Positions 1-7,140 of a DNA stretch of 28,450 bases are shown piece by piece. Position 1 is the stretch's first letter. The number at the start of each line of letters is the position of its first letter. The DNA comes from a candidate division WOR-3 bacterium (GTDB lineage: Bacteria; Hydrothermota; Tepidihabitantia; Tepidihabitantales; Tepidihabitantaceae): the NCBI GenBank assembly GCA_039801225.1, contig JBDRUH010000015.1:1-28450 (forward strand), written 5' to 3'. A program made the position numbers and the translations under genes. The notes beneath the pieces were generated by a model, which ran no database searches, had not been told where the DNA came from, and saw only the letters and a program-made list of their open reading frames with translations.

Positions 1-457
1 TCCCCATTACATAAGTTCGCTTCTTGAAATCAAAAAACTTCTCTCCGATCTTTAGGGTAGATGGTGGTGCCAAGGTAACTCGGAGAAAATTTTGCAAATC
101 CACTCCCACCTGTGCCGCACACTCCGGTTGAGCGGCAAGCCGCTGGCAGAGTTCCTCAATCTGGCGAATGTTGGCAAAAAGTATCGCACCACTTTTCTTT
201 ACTTTGCCCGAGATTACCCTTCTATTCACCGCGCAGTCAGCGCCAATTTTAAGCGCCGTCTGTTTTAAGATATTGGCGGTGGCAACTGAGAGGTCCTCAA
301 ATTTTATCACCACTGTCTGGCTCTTTTCTGCAAATATCTTCCACGCCGCCTGATCCACGCCGACCCGAGCGAGTTCGTTGTAGAGGTCTTCGGGATGGCT
401 TAAGTCAAGAAGCCGTATTCCTTCCGGTTTGCCCTGCCGGCTATCGGCCAACTTCAA
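1..457 (-). CDS. folP: Dihydropteroate synthase with N-terminal extension (partial, runs off window start)
   Basis: Manual translation, absent from the ORF track: (M)KLADSRQGKPEGIRLLDLSHPEDLYNELARVGVDQAAWKIF...ANILKQTALKIGADCAV...LKIGEKFFDFKKRTYVMG. RTYVMG is the start of the DHPS barrel. The TTG start overlaps the rocD stop and has GGAG upstream; an alternative TTG lies at 451. Confidence 0.8.
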   Translation of the reverse strand, partial: MKLADSRQGKPEGIRLLDLSHPEDLYNELARVGVDQAAWKIFAEKSQTVVIKFEDLSVATANILKQTALKIGADCAVNRRVISGKVKKSGAILFANIRQIEELCQRLAAQPECAAQVGVDLQNFLRVTLAPPSTLKIGEKFFDFKKRTYVMG

Positions 458-1650
458 CTCAGGACTCTCCTGATCCGTTCCAGCGCCCAATCAATCTCCT
501 CCTTTTTGATGACCAAGGGCGGTGCAAATCTGATGACCATCTCGTGAGTGTCCTTTGCTAAGATTCCCAACTCCATAAGCCGCTCACAGTAAGTCCGGGC
601 TGGACCAGCCTCAGGCACCAGTTCTACCCCGATCAGTAAACCTTTACCCCGAACCTCACTCACCTTGGCGGAGTTGATTTTTTTCAATTCTACCTGAAAA
701 TATTCACCGAGTTCTTTTGCCCGCTCAGCCAGTTTTTCCTCAATGGTAACTTCCACCGCGGCACGACCGACCGCACAGGCGAGCGGATTGCCACCAAAGG
801 TTGAACCATGATTTCCCGGCTGAAATACACTCATTATCTCCTTGGCAGTAAGGATGGCGGAGACCGGCAGACATCCACCACCCAGCGCCTTGCCCAAGAT
901 TAAGATATCTGGCTTGGCATCCTCATACTCATAACAGAATAGCCGCCCGGTCCGTCCCATTCCGGTTTGAATTTCATCCAGGATGAAAAGAATCTTCGCT
1001 TGTCTACACACCTCTTTTGCTTTTTTCAAATAACCCGGTTCTGGAACAATCACACCGCCTTCACCCTGAATTGGCTCAATTAGAAAACCGACCGTATTGG
1101 GGGTTATTGCCGCCTCTAAGGCAGCGATATCATCATAAGGGATAATTTTAAACCCGGGGGTAAATGGTCCGAACCCGTCGCGGTAAAACTCCTCTGAAGA
1201 GAAACTTATAACGGTAATTGTCCGTCCGTGGAAGTTGTTGGCGCAGACGATTAACTCCGCCTTATCATTAGGAACACCTTTTTGGGTATAGCCCCAGCGC
1301 CGGGCACACTTGATCGCCGTTTCCACCGCCTCAGCGCCGGAGTTCATCAAAAGAGCCTGCTCCTGACCGGTGATTTCGCATAAAAGTTTACAGAATGGTC
1401 CCAACTGGTCATTGTGAAATGCCCTTGAGGTAAGGCAGAGCCGTTCCGCCTGCTCCTTCAGTACTTGGACTATCTTCGGATGGCAATGACCCTGATTCAG
1501 TGCCGAATATGAGGAAAGCATGTCCAGATACTTTTTCCCCTCAACATCCTCAACCCAAACACCCTTTCCCCGGGTGAGAACTACCGGTAAAGGCGCATAG
1601 TTGTGCGCCGCATACTCCTCAACAATTTTGATATGTTCCCGCGTATTCAA
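454..1650 (-). CDS. rocD: Ornithine--oxo-acid aminotransferase (class III PLP enzyme)
   Basis: AHNYAPLPVV, YSALNQGHCHP, NSGAEAVETAIK, EPIQGEGG, DEIQTG and GKALGGG (PLP lysine); AAAGGAG SD before the TTG start. Confidence 0.93.
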   Translation of the reverse strand: MNTREHIKIVEEYAAHNYAPLPVVLTRGKGVWVEDVEGKKYLDMLSSYSALNQGHCHPKIVQVLKEQAERLCLTSRAFHNDQLGPFCKLLCEITGQEQALLMNSGAEAVETAIKCARRWGYTQKGVPNDKAELIVCANNFHGRTITVISFSSEEFYRDGFGPFTPGFKIIPYDDIAALEAAITPNTVGFLIEPIQGEGGVIVPEPGYLKKAKEVCRQAKILFILDEIQTGMGRTGRLFCYEYEDAKPDILILGKALGGGCLPVSAILTAKEIMSVFQPGNHGSTFGGNPLACAVGRAAVEVTIEEKLAERAKELGEYFQVELKKINSAKVSEVRGKGLLIGVELVPEAGPARTYCERLMELGILAKDTHEMVIRFAPPLVIKKEEIDWALERIRRVLS

Positions 1651-1674
1651 ATAAAACTCCTTTCTTAAAAGACA

Positions 1675-1702
1675 ATTTTACCGTCAACCTCCTTATAGTC
1701 AA
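1675..1702 (-). promoter_or_regulatory. Sigma70-type promoter for rocD-folP
   Basis: TTGACT-N16-TAAAAT on the minus strand. Confidence 0.65.
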
Positions 1703-1720
1703 CCAAGCAACCACAACCAC

Positions 1721-1748
1721 TTGACATACTGATACTAAAGTTTATGAT
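1721..1748 (+). promoter_or_regulatory. Sigma70-type promoter for DUF72-rtcA (leaderless)
   Basis: TTGACA-N16-TATGAT, 5 nt before GTG 1754. Confidence 0.7.
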
Positions 1749-1753
1749 TTATT

Positions 1754-2449
1754 GTGCGGGTTTATGTTGGCACATCTGGCTGGTTTTACTCTTGGAACCC
1801 GGCAGGCAACCTTGATTGGTTTGTAACCAACTCCGGGCTCAATGCGGTAGAACTGAACGCCTCCTTCTACCGGTTCCCCTTCCCCAACCAGATAAAGTCC
1901 TGGGCGCAAAAGGGCAAAAATCTCCGCTGGGCGGTAAAGGTATCCCGGCTGGTCACCCATGTCCACCAAATGGGTGAAGGCGCCTTTGAACCCTGGCAGC
2001 GGTTTTACCAGCTCTTTTCGCCGTTGGATAGAAAAATTCGCTTCTATCTCTTTCAGCTCCCACCTAAAATCACACCGGGTGCTAAGGAGAAAATCGCCCG
2101 TTTTGCTATAAAGACAAAATTAGGCAAGCGATTTGCCCTGGAGTGCCGGCAGGAGGAATGGTTCTCACCAGAGACTATGGACTGGGCAAAAAGTCTGGGG
2201 ATTACCCTTGTCTCAATTGATGCACCAAAATTCTCCCGGGAGATTTTCAACACCACCGGAATGGTCTATCTCCGGATGCACGGCAGAACCGGCTGGTATC
2301 GCCATAACTACTCATCTGCCGAACTAAAGGACATCGCCGAGCGGATTAAATCCCAAAAACCCAACTCAGTCTATATCTTCTTTAACAATGACCAAGATAT
2401 GCTAAAAAATGCCCGGACGATGTTAAAGATTCTCACCGAAAGCGGATAG
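1754..2449 (+). CDS. DUF72 (UPF0759) family protein
   Basis: VGTSGW, VELNASFYR, LFQLPP, YLRMHGR and YIFFNND motifs. Confidence 0.9.
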   Translation: MRVYVGTSGWFYSWNPAGNLDWFVTNSGLNAVELNASFYRFPFPNQIKSWAQKGKNLRWAVKVSRLVTHVHQMGEGAFEPWQRFYQLFSPLDRKIRFYLFQLPPKITPGAKEKIARFAIKTKLGKRFALECRQEEWFSPETMDWAKSLGITLVSIDAPKFSREIFNTTGMVYLRMHGRTGWYRHNYSSAELKDIAERIKSQKPNSVYIFFNNDQDMLKNARTMLKILTESG

Positions 2450-2454
2450 CCGGT

Positions 2455-3516
2455 ATGATAGAGATTGACGGCTCCTGGGGTGAGGGAGGCGGACAGATTC
2501 TACGCACCGCCCTTGCCATTTCGGCAATCTTCGGACTCCCCTGTCGGATAAAAAATATTCGGGCCGGGCGCAAGCGCCCGGGCTTAATGGCTCAACACCT
2601 TACTGGTGTTCAAGCCGCTGCTCAACTTGCCGGAGCGGATGTGAAGGGCGCATTTTTGGGCTCAACCGAACTTATCTTTGTTCCCAAAGCCAAAGACCGG
2701 CAACTAACAACTGAAAATCAACCACTGATATGGGATGTGTCGGCCGAAAGGGGTAGTGCCGGCGCGGTAACTCTTGTGCTCCAAACCGTTTTGCCGATAT
2801 TGCTCTTTTCTTTTAAACCGCTTACCGCAACGGTTCGCGGTGGCACCCATGTGCCCTTCAGCCCGATTTATGAATTTTTCCACTGCGTCCTTTTGTCGTT
2901 CCTCCGTTCCCTGGGCATTGAGGCTGAAGCGCAAATTACTTCCTATGGGTTTTATCCGTTAGGGGGTGGTGAAGTGCTTATTCATACAAAGCCGGTGAAT
3001 AAAGAGAAAATTAAAGTCAGAGAACTACTTAGTTCAGGTAGACTTAAAGAGATTCGGATGGTTTCAGCGGTGAGCCACCTGCCCGAGTCAATCGCCCTTC
3101 GCCAAGCGAACCGATTAAAGGAAAGGCTCCCTCTAGAGCCGGAGACTGTTGATATCAAAACCGTTAATGGACTTTGTCCCGGAACTTACCTTTTCTTAGA
3201 GGTAAAATATGAAAATGTGACCGTTGGATTTTCCAGTCTTGGAGAAAAGGGCAAACCAGCGGAAAGGGTGGCTGATGAGGTATACGAACAATTTCAAAAC
3301 CACCAGCGCTCAAAAATGGCGCTTGACCCACACCTTGCCGACCAGGTGCTTATCTTCCTTGTCCTCAGTGGTCAACCATTTGTCTATACCACCAGCCGAG
3401 TTACAAAACACCTTAAGACAAACATCTGGACGATTAGTCAGTTTCTTCCCCAATGCTCTGTGGAACTAATTGACTTAGGAAATCAGACCGCAGAACTCAG
3501 AGGTCTCTGGCGCTAA
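2455..3516 (+). CDS. rtcA: RNA 3'-terminal phosphate cyclase
   Basis: IDGSWGEGGGQILR, NIRAGRKRPGLMAQHL, GFYPLGGG and DPHLADQ (catalytic His). Confidence 0.93.
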   Translation: MIEIDGSWGEGGGQILRTALAISAIFGLPCRIKNIRAGRKRPGLMAQHLTGVQAAAQLAGADVKGAFLGSTELIFVPKAKDRQLTTENQPLIWDVSAERGSAGAVTLVLQTVLPILLFSFKPLTATVRGGTHVPFSPIYEFFHCVLLSFLRSLGIEAEAQITSYGFYPLGGGEVLIHTKPVNKEKIKVRELLSSGRLKEIRMVSAVSHLPESIALRQANRLKERLPLEPETVDIKTVNGLCPGTYLFLEVKYENVTVGFSSLGEKGKPAERVADEVYEQFQNHQRSKMALDPHLADQVLIFLVLSGQPFVYTTSRVTKHLKTNIWTISQFLPQCSVELIDLGNQTAELRGLWR

Positions 3517-3527
3517 TAAACCAAGCC

Positions 3528-3929
3528 TTACTTAGGAAAGAAGAATCTTAACTCTCGGTCCACATCCTCCTCGGGATTTGCTGCATGAACCGCATTCTCG
3601 CGCACCGAGGTACCAAAATCATGCCTGATTGTGCCGGGTTTCGCCATTTTCGGGTCGGTATTCCCTACCAAATCTCGGATTCGCTGCCGGGCGAACTCTC
3701 CTTCAATGCGTAACGCCACTACAGGTCCAGAAGTAATGAAATCAACCAGCCCAAGGAAGAAATCCTTACCTTGGTGAACTGAGTAAAACTCTTCGCCTTC
3801 AGATTTGCTCAACTGGCGCATAACTAAACCGGTGATTTTAAACCCCATTTGCTCAACGCGGGAGATAATTTCACCGATGCATCCTCGCGCCACCGCATCC
3901 GGTTTAATTACTAAAAGTGTCTGTTCCAA
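3528..3929 (-). CDS. ndk: Nucleoside diphosphate kinase
   Basis: TLLVIKPDAV, FITSGPV, PGTIR, ENAVH and ELRFFF. Confidence 0.93.
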   Translation of the reverse strand: MEQTLLVIKPDAVARGCIGEIISRVEQMGFKITGLVMRQLSKSEGEEFYSVHQGKDFFLGLVDFITSGPVVALRIEGEFARQRIRDLVGNTDPKMAKPGTIRHDFGTSVRENAVHAANPEEDVDRELRFFFPK

Positions 3930-3972
3930 GATAAGTAAAAATTAATATCTGAATCAGGACAAGTCAATTTTG

Positions 3973-4689
3973 TTAATTGCGCCGGTTCACAGACTGGTAG
4001 ATGAATGTGGTAAACTGACGGTGTAATTCGTTGTTAATCCGAGATAGTTCATTTCTTAGTTCCTCTTTAGTGCGAGGCGGCGAGTTTGGTGGTAGAATTG
4101 GCGTCCCGATAATAACGACAATATTGCGGTTAAAAATGTTATTCACTACCGAGAAAAAACCTTCCCAGGCTTCATTAAGCCAAGAACGAGAGTAAGGTTG
4201 GGGACCAAGTTTCAATCCGGCAACATAAACTGGTAGCACCGGTACCCGTGCCCGCACCGCAAGCCAAGCGGCACCTGAATGAATATGGTCAACACGGCCC
4301 TGACGATTTAACTCACCTTCAGGATATATTCCAACCGCTGCTCCTGCCTTGAGCAGCTCAATGCTTTTACGGAGAGTGGCAATATTTTCAAAACCCTTAC
4401 CATTTTCCACTGGCATGGTATCACATAGTCGGTGCATCCAGAAACCAATAAACCGGGTATGAAACCATCTTGCCCAGGCAAGAAAGAAAATTCGCGTCTT
4501 TAAGGCAATCTGAATCACAATTGAGTCGGCACCGGTTAGATGGTTTGCTACTACAATATAACCAGCGCGAATCGGCAAAGCAATTTTCTCTACTCCCACT
4601 ACTCTTATTCTTACCGAAAGCCCGTAAAGATAAAGGAGAAAACTCTTTATTTTGCTCCAGAAGATGCTATTCTTTGCATCCCGAAACAT
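3973..4689 (-). CDS. 1-acyl-sn-glycerol-3-phosphate acyltransferase (PlsC family)
   Basis: NHLTGAD (HX4D motif), IYPEG and VPVLPV blocks. Confidence 0.85.
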   Translation of the reverse strand: MFRDAKNSIFWSKIKSFLLYLYGLSVRIRVVGVEKIALPIRAGYIVVANHLTGADSIVIQIALKTRIFFLAWARWFHTRFIGFWMHRLCDTMPVENGKGFENIATLRKSIELLKAGAAVGIYPEGELNRQGRVDHIHSGAAWLAVRARVPVLPVYVAGLKLGPQPYSRSWLNEAWEGFFSVVNNIFNRNIVVIIGTPILPPNSPPRTKEELRNELSRINNELHRQFTTFIYQSVNRRN

Positions 4690-4701
4690 TGTCGCAATTT
4701 A

Positions 4702-4729
4702 ATTGTAAAATCGTTAAAGTAACTGTCAA
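4702..4729 (-). promoter_or_regulatory. Sigma70-type promoter for the PlsC-like gene
   Basis: TTGACA-N16-TACAAT on the minus strand. Confidence 0.65.
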
Positions 4730-4810
4730 GTAATTGTATAATTATTTTAGACATTTTTGGTTTTTCAGCAAACAAGTTAGGGGCAATTCATAAATTGCCC
4801 CTATGGTAAT

Positions 4811-4900
4811 GGGATTGCTTCGCTTCAGCCTGACCCAAGTGAAAAAAGGGGATTTCTCCCCTTCGATCGGAATGGCGGAGGGCGAGTAGGGCGGGATAAC
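4811..4900 (-). repeat. Degenerate copy of the nested REP-like element
   Basis: Reverse complement ...CTCCGCCATTCCGATCGAAGGGGAGAAATCCC...CTTGGGTCAGGCTGAAGCGAAGCAATCCC parallels 27636-27706 (CTCCGTCATTCCGACCGAG...GGAGGAATCCC...CTCGGGCAGGCTAAAGCGAAGTAAT). Confidence 0.65.
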
Positions 4901-4989
4901 AAAAGGTGTAATTGGCGGGGTTAAAATGAGGGTAATAACAATGGTGAATTGAAGGGCTTTTTCCAAGATTAATTAGCGAATTACAGGTG

Positions 4990-5629
4990 AAGTCAAATTT
5001 AACGCCACTTAATAAATTACCGTCAAAACTTTTTTGGAAATAGTCTAAAGAACTATAAGCATAGCGATTTTGCGGATTACCTAAATTATAACTTATTAGG
5101 TTATGTGGGGGGCTAGCTGGGGGGTGGGGTCTAAAATTCTGTATAATTACTATAATACTTTTAAAATCAAGGAGATAGTCAATAAAAACCGTGTGGTAAT
5201 TTTTCTACCTATAGGTAGAATTTTTTGCGTGGCAAAATAGTTCAAACCGCGACTCTTTTATCAAACATCACTTTCACTAAGAATGGGTATCTTAACTTTT
5301 CCATTGGAATAAAACAAAAAATTCCTGATAACCTCATATGTGAAAACCAAAGCATTTGAAATTTAATTTATATAGATAAAAATAGATATATCATTAAAAG
5401 TAGTTATTTATGGTGGTTGTATTTTATTATACCATCCTTAGAATTAAATTTAAATAATGATGTTGTTGTTGGTAATGTTTAAATACAGACTGCTTTTTAA
5501 TATTTTGGAATTGCGAAAGTTGTACTATTGGGATGCGTTGATAAATCTGTGGAGAAATTTTAAGATTTTATTATAAGATTATTATTAGGAGTTTTTTAGT
5601 ATTGTATTCACTGGGTTATAAACATATTT
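4990..5629. other. Putative replication origin, downstream part (oriC with AT-rich unwinding region)
   Basis: Very AT-rich non-coding tract directly downstream of dnaA. Degenerate DnaA boxes: TGTGGAGAA 5548-5556, CGTTGATAA 5536-5544, TTATAAACA 5616-5624, TGTGAAAAC 5339-5347. parS nearby; apparent GC-skew switch. Confidence 0.7.
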
Positions 5630-6958
5630 TTAGTTTGAACGGCTGTTGATTTTTTGGGTAATCTGCTCTAATAGATTAGCAAATTCAACATTCTCAGATT
5701 TTAAACGGGTTATTTTGTCTATCGCATGCATTACGGTGGTATGGTCTTTGCCGCCAAGATGGTAGCCGATATCTTTTAATGATAGTTTGAGGGCGTTCCT
5801 CATTAAGAACATTGTTACTTGCCGGGCAAGCGCAACCCTCTTTGTCCGGGAATGGCCGCGGAGGTCATCAACTGAAACTCGAAAATGTTCACTAACTATA
5901 TTAATAACTTTCTCTGCATCAATTGGTTCTTCCGGGTGAACCAAATCTTTGATTGCTGCTTCTGCTAAACCTATGGTTATCGGCGCACCATTCAATGAGT
6001 GCATCGCAATTAGTCTAACCAAACATGCTTCAAGGGTGCGAATATTAGAGCGAACCCGTTGGGCAATATAGCAGGCAATTTCTTGGGGTAATTGAACCTC
6101 CTCCTGTTTTGCTTTTTGTAGGAGAATAGCAACCCTTGTTTCCAGGTCGGGAGGCTGGATATCTACAACCAAACCACTTCCCAGCCGGGAAATAAGCCTT
6201 TCCTGAAGAGTAGGTATGTCCTTTGGTGGGCGGTCGCTGGTGAACACCACCTGACTACCCGCATCTTGGAGCGCATTGAAGGTGTAAAAAATTTCTTCTT
6301 GAAGACTTTCTTTCCCTACTAAATAGTGCACATCATCCAATAGAAGCAGGTCCAAACCCCGGTACTTTTCCTTAAACTCAAGGCGGGTATTCTTTCCTAT
6401 CGCTTGAATCAGTTCGAGAAATAGCGCTTCGGCTGGGGTATAGCAAAGTCTGATTCCATGGTGAATTGCCAGCGCTGCATTGCCAATCGCTTGAAGAAGA
6501 TGGGTTTTACCCAGACCCACTCCGCCATATATGAAAAGTGGATTAAAAGTCTTACCAAGATTCTGAGCAACATTACGTCCTGCTGCCCAGGCAAGTCGGT
6601 TACTTTCACCGACAATAAAAGTGTCAAAGGTGTAGCGGCTACGAAGCCGAAACTGGGCAGCCGGAGGGGGTGATATTTCAACAGCAGGGGTAGTAGGAGT
6701 GGGCGCCTCTGGCATAGGGACGAACTCAACCGCCAAATCTCTGTCCGCTACCGCCTTCAGCGCAAGAAGAATTTCATTAAGGTAATGATGTTGAAGCCAG
6801 TCGGCAAAGAAGGGATTTGGGACCGATAATTTTACTGTTCCATTAGTAAGTTCAAGCAATTTGGTAGGGGCAAACCAAGTATCAAAAGCCTGCCGATTTA
6901 CTCGCAGTTTGATAATTTCTAATGCTTGAGACCAAAGTTTTTCACCATTCATAAACAT
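5630..6958 (-). CDS. dnaA: Chromosomal replication initiator DnaA
   Basis: FDTWF domain I, YTFDTFIVGESN, NPLFIYGGVGLGKTHL Walker A, LLLDDV Walker B and GGKDHTTVMHA domain IV. The start may be 6952. Confidence 0.97.
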   Translation of the reverse strand: MFMNGEKLWSQALEIIKLRVNRQAFDTWFAPTKLLELTNGTVKLSVPNPFFADWLQHHYLNEILLALKAVADRDLAVEFVPMPEAPTPTTPAVEISPPPAAQFRLRSRYTFDTFIVGESNRLAWAAGRNVAQNLGKTFNPLFIYGGVGLGKTHLLQAIGNAALAIHHGIRLCYTPAEALFLELIQAIGKNTRLEFKEKYRGLDLLLLDDVHYLVGKESLQEEIFYTFNALQDAGSQVVFTSDRPPKDIPTLQERLISRLGSGLVVDIQPPDLETRVAILLQKAKQEEVQLPQEIACYIAQRVRSNIRTLEACLVRLIAMHSLNGAPITIGLAEAAIKDLVHPEEPIDAEKVINIVSEHFRVSVDDLRGHSRTKRVALARQVTMFLMRNALKLSLKDIGYHLGGKDHTTVMHAIDKITRLKSENVEFANLLEQITQKINSRSN

Positions 6959-6963
6959 GCATC

Positions 6964-7071
6964 TTTCTCACAAAATTTTACCACACTTTTCCACACACTT
7001 TTCCACATAAATAAATAGTATAAGTCCTTGATTAAAAAAGAGATAAAAAATGTATATGCCATCTTTCCACA
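6964..7071 (+). promoter_or_regulatory. DnaA-box cluster plus IHF-consensus site in the dnaA leader
   Basis: TTTCTCACA 6964-6972, TTTACCACA 6977-6985, TTTTCCACA 6987-6995 and 6999-7007, CTTTCCACA 7063-7071 (consensus TTWTNCACA). AATCAAGGACTTA on the minus strand at 7021-7033 matches WATCAANNNNTTR. Confidence 0.8.
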
Positions 7072-7100
7072 ACTCTGCCATTTTTTAAAACCGAGGCTGA

Positions 7101-7128
7101 ATAATAAGAGAATCCGCCCCTATGTCAA
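7101..7128 (-). promoter_or_regulatory. dnaA promoter
   Basis: TTGACA-N16-TATTAT on the minus strand. Confidence 0.7.
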
Positions 7129-7140
7129 GCGAAAATTGGC

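Noticed and set aside
168..353. 61-aa plus-strand ORF
   Set aside because: Antisense shadow of folP.
4742..4966. 74-aa ORF with Pro every fourth residue (12-nt periodicity)
   Set aside because: Largely overlaps a degenerate REP-like copy; no SD and no recognisable fold.
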